DNA of 63,345 nt, filler included, from Bigelowiella natans CCMP2755 (taxonomy: Eukaryota > Protista > Cercozoa): NCBI GenBank assembly GCA_000320545.1. It is 7 parts of 7 records of this genome, joined end to end, with 100 filler letters (N's around TTAATTAATTAA, not from the genome) between each part and the next. Parts side by side here need not be neighbours in the genome. Positions count along the whole stretch, not along the records: positions 36,144 to 41,948 come from ADNK01002039.1; positions 42,049 to 46,061 come from ADNK01001532.1; positions 46,162 to 52,217 come from ADNK01001911.1; 4 more parts are not named here. One strand, written 5' to 3'. Shown piece by piece: positions 37,639-50,400 of the stretch. The notes beneath the pieces are model-generated. The model worked only from the letters and a program-made list of their open reading frames with translations, ran no database searches and was not told the origin of the DNA. Each line of letters begins with the position of its first letter. The first letter of the stretch is position 1. The position numbers and the translations under genes are program-made.

Positions 37639-38899
37639 TACTGCTACGACGTGGCTCGGAAGACCATCAATTTAATAATCATCTAACGTCCCTCTGCAGC
37701 GATCTCTCTCGCCCTCGCCCTCTCCCTCCCCGCCTCTTCTTTGCCTTCCTCCCAGCACATGCGGTGTGGACGGAAAAAGACCTCCAGTAGCGGATCCTCT
37801 CCCTCTGGAACATCTAGCACCAGCACGGTCTCTCCCTCCCGGAAGGGGCGGCGCTGCTGGCGAAGCTGCTCGTCCTCCGCCTCTTTGGTTTCGAGATCTT
37901 GCAGCCGCCTTGTGAGCTGCCCAATTTGATACCGAACACGAGCCTTCTCATCCATGTCTTGAAGAGAGACCGGAGCGGGAGTGGGAACTTCTGTCCTCTG
38001 AGAGAGAGAAGGGGGGCGTGGAGGGAGGAGGGGGGGGCGGGAGAATTATGGAAGAGGGAAGGGGAGAAGTGTATGCTTCGTTAGTTGTACGTAGCATGTG
38101 TACAAGGTGTGCAAAGACGCGAAAGAGGAGGGAATAGAGACCGAAGCATCGAAGCGGATATGATTGATGGTGCTACCTCGGTTTTCCACGTCTCAACTTC
38201 CTCTCCCCCGCCTCCCTGTCCCCCCCCCGCCGTCTCTTCGACGCACATTTGACCGTTAGTCGCGACGAGGGACACCCAGCCTTTAAATGGCTTTGTGATC
38301 CGACCCCTAACGACTCGGTGCCCCCCCCCCCTACCGGCAAAAACTGATTGCGTCTCTTCCAACGAGATCAGCGTGCCGATGCGGACGGTACCTATCTTGG
38401 GGCTTGCTACGGATGCACCTTCGCGCACGTTCAGCTTCTTCAAAGCATTGTAGGTGCCGGGGCAGGAAAAGGAAGGCTGCGATGAGAATGCGCCCTCCAC
38501 GGCCATCTCCTCCCCAGCTCTCTCACTCGCTTGTTCATCGTTCTCTTTGCGAGCGTCGAGATATCTATTTGTGTTCTCTCGGTGATGGGTTCGATCGCCA
38601 CCTTCCACCCTCCCCCCCCGGCCTTTCTCCTCTTCGGAGCTAGTCTCGAACGATGGGGTGTCTATCTCAATGGACGTCCAAACCGGCCAGTCGCCGTCAT
38701 TCTCCTCTTCCCTTTTCGACCCCCTTTTCTGGCCGAGGGGGAGAGAGGAACGCTGCTGCCTTCGACGCTCCTTCCTTCGGCGTTGGTCAGCGATAACCTC
38801 CTTTTGCCATGTCTCGTCGTTGGGGTCCATTCCGAATCTAATTTTCACCAATAACGCACGGGACCATTAGGAGCTGAAGGTAGATGATCGCGCAAAGAG

Positions 38900-38955
<56 letters not shown>

Positions 38956-39581
38956 ATGTATTATATGGTAGATCCGAAAATGCGTGAAAAACAAATTCAT
39001 TGATAGATGCGAAGAACGTACTCCGTGAAGTTAGGCCGCCCCCTCTGCGCAAATGTGACATGTTCCTTGTAGCCGTCGCCTTCCAGCTCCTCGCTATCGA
39101 TGGAGATGTCGTCGCTGCTTTTTGAATCTTCTCTATCATGCTCTAGCACTTGCATCTGGCCGTCGTCTTCATCGATTCTCTCTGCATCCATATCAGACGT
39201 ATTCTCTTGGTTTTCAAGCCAGCGATCCTCCCCTCTGTCCTCTCCGCCAGCATGGGAATTAGCAGCCCCTCCTTTGATGCCTTCAGAAAAAGCCCATCGG
39301 TAATAGGCTGTTCGATTATAAACCCCAAACGATGTCAGCATAAGCAATGATATAGCGCAGCAAGACTCATCATAATCTGTTGGAAATGAGGACGGATGGT
39401 TACCTGTCCTTCGTCTTTCCGTAAAAGCACCGCTGCTGTACTTTCTTGACCGACACACCGTATCACCTAATAACTGCTTTGGAAGTGCGCGTGAATCTGC
39501 AGATACTCTGCAACAGAGAAAGCTGAAGAGCAGAACAAACGCACGCAGCCAGGGATCATCGAAGCCATGACCGATTGCCAT
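36235..39581 (-). CDS. Modular protein: signal peptide, acidic region, SH3b-like domain, Tudor/Agenet-like barrel, NHL repeats; 3' end in the gap
   Basis: Signal WLRAFVLLFSFLCCRVSA. SH3b-like LNVREGASVASPKIGTVRIGT...RGRITKPFKGWVSLVA. PFREGETVLVLD...WIKGRVVRVH. NHL-like VTTIAGG...GHDG...F...NDVSVDP and SGDLFVVDVGSHKIKRV. Confidence 0.75.
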
Positions 39582-40407
39582 CTAACTCCACCTTCCTTAT
39601 CCAGTGACCCTACCGGACGAAAGTAAGTATGTTCATTAAGTCAAGGCAGCTCCACTAGCTCCGGATCTGCAGACGCGCCGAGAGTTGCTCCCTGGCCGCC
39701 GCCGCAGATGCTGCCGCGCGAGGGGCCCGTTTGGTGGGAACCATTTTTCCAGGAGATCAGCAAAATTTTGCGATAAATTAAATTGATGTCGCAGGCATAT
39801 TTTGCTATTAGAGTATCGGGATTCCCATGGAAGCAAGTGAGCTTCTGACAAATTATTAAGAGTAGATCCTGATCTAGGGTTCCCGTGAGGGAAATCCAGC
39901 GTTCTCGCCTCGGATTTTTGGCAATTCCCCTGCATTTTTCTGCTTTCGCGTGCTCGTCTACAGTTCCCCAAATCGTCTGAAACCCCCCTGTAAAAAATGC
40001 CTGGACTCGTAGAAGGAACCTGTCGATTTTAGCAGACGTTTGCGAGAGATCGCCCTTGTAATTTTTCGTGCAGAGCGAGCTTTAACTGGAAGAGGTTTCA
40101 CTATTAGAACCGGGGGTACCTTCCAAAGCTTTCCTCCGCCCTTGTGGAGAGCATTGTGGGCTCCTCAACAGCTCTTTGCTGTTTTCCGTGCTAAATACAT
40201 GTCGTAGGGGGGAAACGGATTGTATTGGTCAAGAACATTTATTTCCACAGCTCGTAGATCTTACTAAGCACCCCGCAGAAGCCACACTTCGGTACACGGT
40301 AGCGGGGGGGGGGGGGGATAGATTCGCGGCTGTGCACGGGAGGGAGAGCACCATCCCCTCGCTCTGATTTCTACTGCTATCACAATGTTTGGTACAGGAA
40401 AGCGAGT

Positions 40408-41605
40408 ATGATGAAATCCCTGGCAGTCCTCTTTGCGTCGTACTTCTGCGTCGTACCCGCGAAAGCCAGTAGTTCGATTAAGAACCTCTTCGAGTTGAAC
40501 AGCGCGATCACCAATGCTACGAGTGACGCTGGCAAAACGGTTTGCACGATTACACTGTATCACGCTTCCCCTCTCGTGCTCCCCCCTGCCATTTGCGAAC
40601 AGCGTGTCGATGTATGACAACACATTCCTTCACTAGGTGGGCTTCCTGAGTCAAGCCAACTACCAGAGTGTCCAATCTGTCCTCGAGGAGGTTTTAGCAA
40701 TAAGAATAGAGAAGGGTGGTGGTGAAATGTCTATCACTTTGTTTGAAAATGACTAGGACTAGGAGAACGCTTTGTGGAACATGTGATATAATGAATCGTT
40801 TTTCCATGTTTCCGACCTCGATATAGAGTTCCGCCAACGGAGGGTCTCTGATTGTCAAAGTCTTCCCATCCAGCTCGGTACGAACAGATATATGTTTATG
40901 AACAGCATTGTAGCTTGTGTTTCTTGATAGTTCGTCCGCAACATAAAGAACACCTTTGTCCGCTCAACCCCCTTTCATCGCTAGATCGTGGAGGAGCTGG
41001 TAAAGAATGGAAGTCTGGTGGCCGGCCTCTTTACTGCGTGCCCTTCGGTAAGATAAAACAGGAGAGGAGGGGAGGAATTGAGCACTCCTTCGATCTTGCT
41101 ATGTATTGACATTGTTACTCGGCTTTTATATGTTAACCACGATAACACATGGTGATAACGGTGTGATGCTACCACTACTACTACAATTAGAACCAACAAA
41201 ACGAATTCAACCTCTTTGGCGCGACGATTGTGGCCCCTCGCAGCTCCTTCTTCACCATTGCCAACACGTCCAGTCCCGTAGACTCATCGCGTACGTGAGA
41301 ACAACCGACACGCACAACGATTGGCGAGCGACGATTGACCATAATAGCGCACGCACAGCGGCGGCGGCAGAACGAAAATATGCCATCGATCTTCATCGAA
41401 TGAACAGAGTAGTTTGGTAGTGTTCTTGCTGGTATCCTTCATTTAAGTGCTTTGTTGGAGACGAGAAAGAAGAGGGCATTCTTCATCGTCCCCTTTGTAT
41501 ATTGATTCGTCTTCCACCTGCTGTGTTCATAAAAACTAATTCTTAGAACTGAGGGAGGCCTGGGACGCGGCGATTGTCCGCTTTATCGAGGCAGGATCCT
41601 TCAAG
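40408..41605 (+). CDS. Secreted/membrane protein with a periplasmic solute-binding-protein-like (type II) segment; continues toward the gap
   Basis: Signal MMKSLAVLFASYFCVVPAKA. In-frame exons VGFLSQANYQSVQSVLEE | SSANGGSLIVKVFPSSS | IVEELVKNGSLVAGLFTACPS | NQQNEFNLFGATIVAPRSSFF | ELREAWDAAIVRFIEAGSFK. The last resembles the SBP_bac_3 C-terminal helix. Confidence 0.6.
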
Positions 41606-41948
41606 GTGTGTGGTCATGTGTCCACGCTGCTGAAAAATGCTACTGCTGCTGCTGCTGCTCATGATGATGACGATGATGATGATTGACAACGGTGCTCTTT
41701 GCTAGTATTTTCTTATCTTGCGCACATACTTATGCATATGAAAAGGGTGTGTGAGGAAGAGATAAAGAGAGAAGAGAGAAGAGAGGTGGCGGAGGAGGGG
41801 GGGGGGGAGTAGTCGGGTTGTACTGTCTTCATATGGAAAGGTTATTTGTTTGTACATAGGATGATTTGTTTGTGTGCATCATGTTTGTACGTTGGATGAT
41901 TTGTTTGTATGCATCATGTCGGCGAGCAGAATATCGAGACCCAGTACT

Positions 41949-42048
41949 NNNNNNNNNNNNNNNNNNNNNNNNNNNNNNNNNNNNNNNNNNNNTTAATTAA
42001 TTAANNNNNNNNNNNNNNNNNNNNNNNNNNNNNNNNNNNNNNNNNNNN
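41949..42048. other. Assembly gap spacer (artificial)
   Basis: N44-TTAATTAATTAA-N44. Confidence 0.99.
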
Positions 42049-42173
42049 TAAACAACGATAACAACGATGACCAAGACTACCAACCCCACCCCCGCACCCA
42101 CCCCAGGTTCGGCAGCGCCACCCCCAGCACTGTCGTGGTGGAGGTGGTAGAGGAGGAGGATTAGGAGGAGGAC

Positions 42174-42243
42174 CTTCCTGTTTCCCATTTGTGTAAAGGG
42201 AAACCGCTTGAAGTGGACGACGAGCACCCTACTACGTGCGTTA

Positions 42244-42280
<37 letters not shown>

Positions 42281-45200
42281 ACTATTTTTCAGAATTTCGA
42301 CATATCCTGCATATCCCCCCCCCCCCCTCCACCATCAATACACCGACAGTACTGCAGCACACACTTCCCAACTAGAGGTCACAGGCAATGTAAGCTGCTA
42401 CCTCGGCAACTTGGAGATTCCAAACCGTTTTGTCGCTTTTCGCTGCGTCTTGCATTTCGGGCACTTCCAACCATCGCTCAGCCTGAGGGGAAGGGGGGGA
42501 GGGGGAGGGGGAGAGGACGTGCGTGCGTGTCTATTCGATACTGCTACTGCTATTACAAGAGAATGATACTCCAACAGAACAAATGCACCTCAGGAAAACA
42601 CGTCGTTCGAAACAGCATATATCGACGTGTTTGCCCTATCTCGCAACCAGCCAACACAGGCGTTGGAACATGATGACCCCCATTTTCAGAACATTTGATC
42701 CATCCGTGCCCGGGCTAGCCCTTGCTCCGCACTCGCACTACTACTACCTTTCCGGCTTGACGAAGAGGTCTAGGCAGTCGTAGATAGACACCCCCCCTCC
42801 TGCTCTCATGCTGTCGCCACCGAATCCATGCCTCCTTCTGGTACTACTTCCGTTGCCATGGCTCTTGAGATCGCCATTTGCGCCGTTTTTGGCAGCCGCG
42901 ATGGCCTCCTTCTCGTCCTTGGCCGCTACTCTTGCTATGGCTAACTTACGCTTCATGCTCTTTAGTCGCTGCTCAAAGCGCTCTCTCTCCGGCCTGTACT
43001 CCGAAGCGTATTTAAGGCAAAGATCGATGACGATGGCCGTCAGCTGATTGCTTCTGCCTCTGCTGCTACTACTACTGCTGCTGCTACGAGAACTCCCTCC
43101 TCCTCCTCCCTCTAGAATGTAATCGCTGTCCCTGAGATCGTAGCGGGGCACGTGGACGCCTTTGAGGCTGGCGGTGCCCTTGTCGTCGTTGTCTGGAATC
43201 GCAATGCGGTACGCATCGTAGTCACCATCACAGATCTTATCGACTGCGGCGTCAGAGAGATGCCTGCCCACGCGCCGCACGTAGGCACGGACACAACGGC
43301 GAAAGTCCCTCAGGCGCGACTTTGGCCCTGCTGGGATGAGCACCGGAAGGGTGACCGGCCGCATGAATTCGCGATGGGAGGAGGAGGAGGAGGAGGAGGA
43401 GGAGTGGTGGTGGCTCTTTTTCTTTTTCTTCCTCCTTCGTGACGTCGTGACGCAGACAACAACAAAGCTGGAGGAGGAGGAGGAGGAGGAGGAGGAGGAG
43501 GAGGAGGAGGAGGAAGGGGCGGACTGGTCATATGTACTACCGCTGCTGCTGCTATAGCTTCCAATCGTGCCATTGCGATGATGGTAATGACGGTTGTAGC
43601 GCTGTTGTCCCCCCCCCCCACTGTAGTCCGAGTACGGGGGCGGCGGGATCTCATACGCCACCAGATTGCTGGGAACCTCCTCGTTGAAGTTGTGGTTCCC
43701 GTCGATACGCCGCAAATCGCCACGCACAGCCGAGAAGAGCTTTATGGTCTTCAAGGAGGAGGGGCCGCTTGCCACCAGGTCAACCCGCTTGGCAAGAAGG
43801 GGCAGCACCGTTCGAATGGTGATTCTGCTCGAGGACAGGGACGGTATACGGATGGAGATCAGTTCTGCTTTCTTGCTGGGATCCAACGGGTACCACCACA
43901 AGCACAGAATGCGTCCGTGCGGAGAGGAGGAGGAGGAGGAGGACCCGTAATGATGAAGCGATGGCATCTTCCTAGGTACCTTGTATGATGACGGCGAGGA
44001 GGCGGAAGAAAAGGAGGGGGGGGGGGGCCTTTTGTCTGGCACTGCAAACAAGAACGGAAATAATTCACCCATCACTAATAATGATGATGATTACGATAAC
44101 GGTGATGGTAGCTATTCTTCCATTCGGTGTCTTAAGGCACCCCACCCACCACCGTCACTACCCCCCTCCCCCCTTCTCTCTCCTCCCCATTGCACTCACC
44201 AGGAAGCGATAGATGCATGAAAGGGTCGAATCTCGTCGAGGTGCTGCCGCAGCGCATGCAGGTTATTCCTGATCGAAATTGCCCGTGAAAGAGCTCGACG
44301 ACAGGCGACTGATTGCGCTTAAGGTGCTGTTCCCAGGCCTCAGCGGACGTTGGGTCTCTCTCCTTACCGCTGCCCCCCCCCCCGTTACTCTTCGCGTTCT
44401 TCTTGGCGGATGCATGGTTGATGTCCTCATGCAGGCCGTCGAGGAGAAACGCCAAAAACTCCTGGCAGTCGTGCTGCTGGAATCCAGCAAAATGCGGGGC
44501 GAATTGACAGATCACCCGCCTGCAAGTACCACCACCATCACCACCACCATCATCATCATAACAATCACAATAACCATTACCAACATCATCATCATCATCA
44601 ATTGTCAGCGGTGTTTGGCAATACCTAAATTCCTTCGGAACGACCCTAATGTTCGGAGGCATGAAGGCCCCCCCCCCCATGCTACCACCATTGCCATACC
44701 CACTCCCGTTGGGCCAGCCTATTATTACTGCCATAGCCTGCAGCCGCTGCCCCGCTGTTATTATTACTATTATGAGCGCTCTGGTTGGATCTCCTTGCAG
44801 CCTTCGCGGCCTTGCGACCCATCATGCGGAGCAGCGTGGCAAAGGCAGCGGCCACACGGCCCTTCGACCCAAGCGGGTTTGCAGGGCGAAGGAGAGACGG
44901 GAGGGAGGGGGACAAGAACAAGTCACGGAGGGGTTTCGTGCGCGCTAGGCACTGGATGGCCGTGTTCATGAAACAGGTATTGCCAAGGTTCCCCAGTCCG
45001 CACACGCCAGACTGCGCCTCCCACCCCCTCACAGCCTCGGGGTCCTCCGCATCTAGATGCGCCGAAGCCGATTCTGGTCTGTGCGAGTGGGGGGTTGAAA
45101 ACGAGGACGGTGACGATGATGATGGCGAGCACGTACTGCCGCCAGCAGCATATCCGGGCGGAGGTGGTGCACAGCCGTAGGCCCTCTTCTTTGCCCCGCC

Positions 45201-45510
45201 CCCCCCCCCTCCGGCAGGTAGCTGCGGGCCGTAAACCCTGGGCTTCGGCCTGCACGGCAAGCCGGGCGACGAGAAGTTAAGGGGCGAAGAAGAGGACGGG
45301 GAAGAGGGGGGAAGAGAGGGGCCGAACACAGGAAGCTGCCTCTGCTGAGACGGAGGAGACGACCCTCCGTTACTGGTTAACACCATCGACTTCTTGGAAG
45401 AAGAGAAGGCAGCGCCGTAGTTGTGAGGAGGAGTGTGCGTTTCCGTTCGCGTTCCGTTTGATGGCGATTGGCTACGGATTTTACCGCAGCTTCTCGGGGA
45501 GGTTGAGCGG
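42174..45510 (-). CDS. Ubiquitin-specific protease (peptidase C19, USP4/11/15-like split catalytic domain); His box lost in the gap, 5' end uncertain (possibly 45985)
   Basis: Cys box GVCGLGNLGNTCFMNTAIQCL; FAGFQQHDCQEFLAFLLDGLHEDIN; LFHGQFRSGITCMRCG...FDPFMHLSL; SIYDCLDLFVKPE; WKCPKCKTQRKATK...KLPRVLVVHFKRF. Confidence 0.96.
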
Positions 45511-45511
45511 C

Positions 45512-45544
<33 letters not shown>

Positions 45545-46061
45545 TGCTACTGCGCCTGGAGACGAATGTCTGTGGTGTAACATTTATAGCGTTAGCCAGT
45601 TATATCTCCAGCATGGTCTAGCAAGCCATATGCCAAACAAGGATCTTTCCTCTACACCTCCCCTCCTCCCCCCCCCCCCCGTCAACCGGAACGATCGAGG
45701 GAGTTGCCTGTGAAGATTGAGTTTTTCTATCTCGCTCGACCATTTAATATGATAAGAAGATGGTGGCTGACCTTGTGATAGCAGACATGAACTCCTGCAA
45801 CTCTGATAAACAAGATGCATTCGAATGAATTTTTCACTGCCCTGCAAACTCTTACAAACGTTTTTCATACCATGATCATGAACGACACCCTGGTCCTTAC
45901 AATAGGATTCAAATCTGGCACGGTTGGATGTCTGCCTCTCCTTGCATGGGACTAACGGCCGATAGACTAACATTCGGCCATTCATTGAGAAGGACCAACG
46001 CCACGTTCAAAGTAAAAACACAAAGGATCCATTGACGATAACTGACACGCCCAGGATCCCC

Positions 46062-46161
46062 NNNNNNNNNNNNNNNNNNNNNNNNNNNNNNNNNNNNNNN
46101 NNNNNTTAATTAATTAANNNNNNNNNNNNNNNNNNNNNNNNNNNNNNNNNNNNNNNNNNNN
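46062..46161. other. Assembly gap spacer (artificial)
   Basis: N44-TTAATTAATTAA-N44. Confidence 0.99.
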
Positions 46162-46455
46162 GGGAAAGGGCGAAAGGCTTTAAAGGTTCCGCTTTATAAA
46201 ACCACCAATTTTTAGTTTCCTCGCCATTTTTGTTAAAAAATATATGATCAAATTGGGGGGGTACGGGGGAAAAAACCGGTAAAAAACTCTTTCTGTATGT
46301 GTGTTTCACCGACCCAAAGGTTAATATGCTTGAAAATAGCTCCAGTTTAAAGAAACTCCAACTCCGACTACCCCTTCTTTTCCCCCCCCCCCCCCCCCCC
46401 CCCCCGTCCCGTCCCTCCTCCTTCCTTCTCACCCGTACCCATTCTCTGTTCTCAG

Positions 46456-46998
46456 GGGCTTTAAGTCGCAAGGGATGGGACTACAAAGGTGAGGCGGTCT
46501 TCTTCCTTCGAAGTTATCGTTATTCTCGTTTATAATAAAGATTATAATCCTCCTCGCTACTACACCACCTGCACGAGATGGAATTCCTCATATCCTGCTC
46601 TTTATCCTTCTGCTGTTATAAAGTCGATGAGGGCGGCGGAGCATTCTATGGGCCCAAGATTGATGTGAAAATCAAGGATGCTATCGGACGTAATTAATGC
46701 ATGCGGCACGATGTGTTTTGCTATATAGTTCCACCAACCGTTTGAAATTTGCTCTTCTATGGTGTTGTTGCTTCCTAGCTGTCCTTTTGTCGAGAGCGCG
46801 GCGAGGCCATGCCGACGTGTGCTCCTCCGTTCTGACGTTGATTTTTACGTTTTGAAATTGTGTTTGGTTTTCTGTTTGGTTTTGTTGTGTTTGTTTTTTT
46901 TGGGGGGGGGGGGGGGGGGCTGGGTTTGAAGGTACGTGGCAGTGCTCTACGGTGCAGTGCGACTTCAATCTTCCGGAGAGGTAAGTGTTTGTTGGTGT

Positions 46999-47030
<32 letters not shown>

Positions 47031-47151
47031 ATGACGATGATAATGGCGAGATGATAGTAGCAATGATGGTTTTTGCGTTAAAGATACTACGCTATTATAA
47101 CTGCACGTGCGTACACGTGTTGGTTACTATTTATGCTTGTGCGTGTATGCA

Positions 47152-47197
<46 letters not shown>

Positions 47198-47436
47198 AAT
47201 TGTTTGTGTTTCAAAATCGTAAAGGTTCGACTTGGAATACGTCTCCAAAGACGGTAGTAACAAGAAGAGTACAATCCAAAATAACAACATAGCTACATCG
47301 TGAGACTTTATAAGGAGTGTTGTAATTATTGCGTTTGTTTGGTTTTTAGCATTTATCCCCCCCTCCCCTATCTCTCTCTCGCCCCCTTTCTCTCTCTTCC
47401 TCTCTTCTTCCTCTTATTCCCTTCTTTCTCCATGGT

Positions 47437-47476
<40 letters not shown>

Positions 47477-48052
47477 CAATTTACTTATTTTTATTTTTTC
47501 ATTAAATATATATATATATAGGCAAGAAAGAGAGGCCAATCATGGTTCATCGAGCGATCTTCGGCTCAATCGAGCGGTAAGGATTTAACAGAGACTTTTC
47601 TCTCCACGCATTCTTGCATCGATTCCCAAGCTGCGAGGCGCAAGAGTGGATGTTACTTCGTTGTTCTCTGGCTCTATGGCTGCTCCTCCTATTTCCCCCC
47701 CGTTATTGTACCAGATATCTCGTCGAGATATGCTGGCCTTTTCATGCCACGCTGCTGCTCGCTCATCTACCGACGCTGCGCGTTGTTTGATGTTTCCTTG
47801 CGTTAGATTCTTTGGAATTCTCGTCGAGAATACTGCGGGGGACTTCCCAGTGTGGCTATCTCCGGTGCAGATTGCCGTTCAACTTCCGCCGCGCGCTTTA
47901 TTGCGATATGATATGCAAAATGTTATGCACTCTGCGCAGCATAGCGCGCCTTCGTTTTGCCTCTTCTGTGTGTTGGAAGAGGCGTTTTATTCTCTGGCCC
48001 ACCTCTCCATACGAGTTTAAGTATCTAACCCACCTCTCCATACGAGTGTAAG

Positions 48053-48094
<42 letters not shown>

Positions 48095-48851
48095 TCGTTG
48101 TCGTTGCATCGAATCAGGTGCAATTGAAGGTCCTCCCTGTGACTGACGATTTCCGGCCGTTCTGCGAAGACGTCGTCAAGAAGGTAAACATTACCAAATA
48201 ATGCGCGCGCGGGTGGCCCTCGACGTGTCTGGTGTGTGGTATGTGTGTGTGTGTGTGTATGCATATGCTTTCGGCGCGCAGAGCAGGAGCACTGTCACGT
48301 AAATTATCAATGCGTGAAGAACTCATTGGTTGATTGCTCTTGGCGACGTTTGCTCGTGGTGCTGCTGCTGTGTTGTAGGCAAAGGCACTGGGAATTCGCG
48401 CCGAGATCGACTCAAGCGATGACAGACTAGGTATGGGAGCGCCGCTTTTATGATCTAGTCATAGTCCACAATCCGCAATGTGTGTGTGGTGTGTAGCACG
48501 TGTCTACAGGTTTGTGTTTGTGTGGTATATGTCTTTGTGTGTTTGTGTGTGTATATGTGTGTGTGTACCTGTGATCAACCACACAACTAGCATGGTGTTT
48601 ATAACGGAAGATTGCGTAGGAGGGCGTTTTCCTCATATATCGTGAAAGGAAATGGTGTCCTGTAATTATGCAGGCAAGATGATTCGAAACGCGGAGTTAG
48701 AAAAGATCCCTGTCGTAGGTCAGCCGCCGGCAAGAGCGTCGCCTCTCCTCTCCCCCCCCCTACTTGTTATCGCCTCTCCTCTCCTTCCCCCAACTTGTTC
48801 TCCTTTTTAGACGTCCGTTCTGAATTGTGTTTCCCCGTCTGTTGTTGTTGC

Positions 48852-48884
<33 letters not shown>

Positions 48885-49194
48885 CGTTGTCGTGTTTGTC
48901 TCCACATACAGCGGTTGTAGGGCAGAAGGAGATCGATTCCAACCAACTGGCCATCCGCACACGGAAGGGCGGTATTACTTGCAACATCGGAATACCTAAT
49001 TACCTAATAAACAAAGGAAACAATATAAACTATGGTTACGAATACGGTATCTTGCGAGTATTGGCGAGGAAGCTGGGTTCCCTAGCTAACATTTTGTTTC
49101 GTATTGTGCAGGAGATTTGGGGTCGTTCGCTGTCGAAGATCTGATTGAGAAACTCAGCGACGCGATCAAAGTTGGGAAGGAGCTAAAAGCCTAG
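46456..49194 (+). CDS. thrS: Threonyl-tRNA synthetase, bacterial/organellar type, C-terminal portion (5' in the gap)
   Basis: [22 protein letters not shown] | [16 protein letters not shown] | FDLEY | [16 protein letters not shown] | [21 protein letters not shown] | ...[16 protein letters not shown] | AVVGQKE...IRTRKGG | DLG...KELKA*. Confidence 0.98.
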
Positions 49195-49380
49195 CTACCG
49201 ATAGTTCGTAGCGCTTCTTGTTGATGTTCTCTTCATGAATGTGTGTGGCATGTGTGTAGTTGTTCATTTTTAGCAATCAAATGTCACAAAAATGATAGAC
49301 ATGCAATACACAATATATACAATATATATAATACATATAGTGTATTGCTGTGTCTATTATAAAATGCAGTATTCTGCACG

Positions 49381-50400
49381 TTTGCGCAGATCGCACCACC
49401 TAGTCACACGCGCGCTGTGATCGATGTGTCATCTTTGCGCGACATGTGTGATGAATGCGTAGACGATGTGGTTTAGCAGCGCTCTCATCTGGAACAAAAT
49501 TTCCATCCACAGATCTGTAGAGGTTTGGAGGTTGCGCTGCACAACGAAAATTTTGTCCATGCTGGCATGCCAGCATTGAAACGCTTTCAAACATCACGAA
49601 CGTGAATGAAACCGCAAACGCAACAAACAAAACTAGCTCTCCAGCTCTGCGCATGCTTGTTGCGCGTAAGGTGTTCACAGGCCGAGGCGCTACGTGCACA
49701 AGTAGGCAGGGGGGGGGAAAGGCACGTTTGCTTCCTTTTGAAGAGTTGTGTTTATTTTTATTAAAGATTATATTTTTATTAAATCGTGCACTGCGTAATC
49801 ATTCGCGAAGCTTTCGCGAATGCCGCCGCACGTGGGGCAGCACACTTCCGGTGTGCTGCCATGAGTCCCGCCGGAACCCACGTGCCTATGCTGTATTAAT
49901 ATCTACGTTATCTATATTCTATATCCGCGACAACCCCTTTGTTGTCGCACGTGACTTGTGCCCGCGTAGTGGTACGCGCTACATGCTGGTCTGTCCCAAC
50001 ACGGTGTTCGCTGCGCAGCAGTCTTTCACAATGAAGCTCGAGTCCAGTTTCGTCATTGCGGCTGCTGACCTCCTGTGCTGGCTCCATCAGAGCTGGAGAG
50101 CCTGCTGGCCACTGCCCAGCAATGCAGCAATGCTTGCTAGCTTGTGCACGAGCATGCCAGCATGGCGCGCGGACGGCATCGGCCATGGAACACAAAGCTA
50201 GAAAGCTGACAAATGGAATCTCAAACGCCAAACACAGCATTGATGCAAAATCTGCATGGCTAGGTCTAGAGATGGGAGACAAGCTAACAAGCATGTCTAG
50301 CTAGCTAGCCATGCTGGCTCAAGCTGGCATGTCAGCTAGATGTGCGCAGCAGCGTCTTGACAAAAATCATTGCGAGGGAATTTGAACAATTGCTGCAAGG
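49381..50400. other. Two TpA-depleted blocks (49381-49740, 49982-50400) separated by a TpA-rich linker
   Basis: Manual counts: 8 TpA in the first block (7 in TAG/CTA) and 9 in the second (8 CTAG, 1 CTAA). CpG remains abundant. Confidence 0.8.

Noticed and set aside
46162-46420. Odd A/T/G/C-run-rich sequence next to gaps (also 52318-52440 and 61370-61460)
   Set aside because: Looks like low-quality read ends with homopolymer inflation; not interpretable.
47998-48055. 31-bp intronic tandem duplication (also small ones at ~3009-3043, 19173-19217, 27549-27584)
   Set aside because: Ordinary local slippage duplications in an SSR-prone genome.
49559-49822. Short palindromes ATGCTGGCATGCCAGCAT and CATTCGCGAA-GCT-TTCGCGAATG as TE termini
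   Set aside because: No matching partner or TSD; expected more often by chance in TG/CA/CG-skewed DNA.
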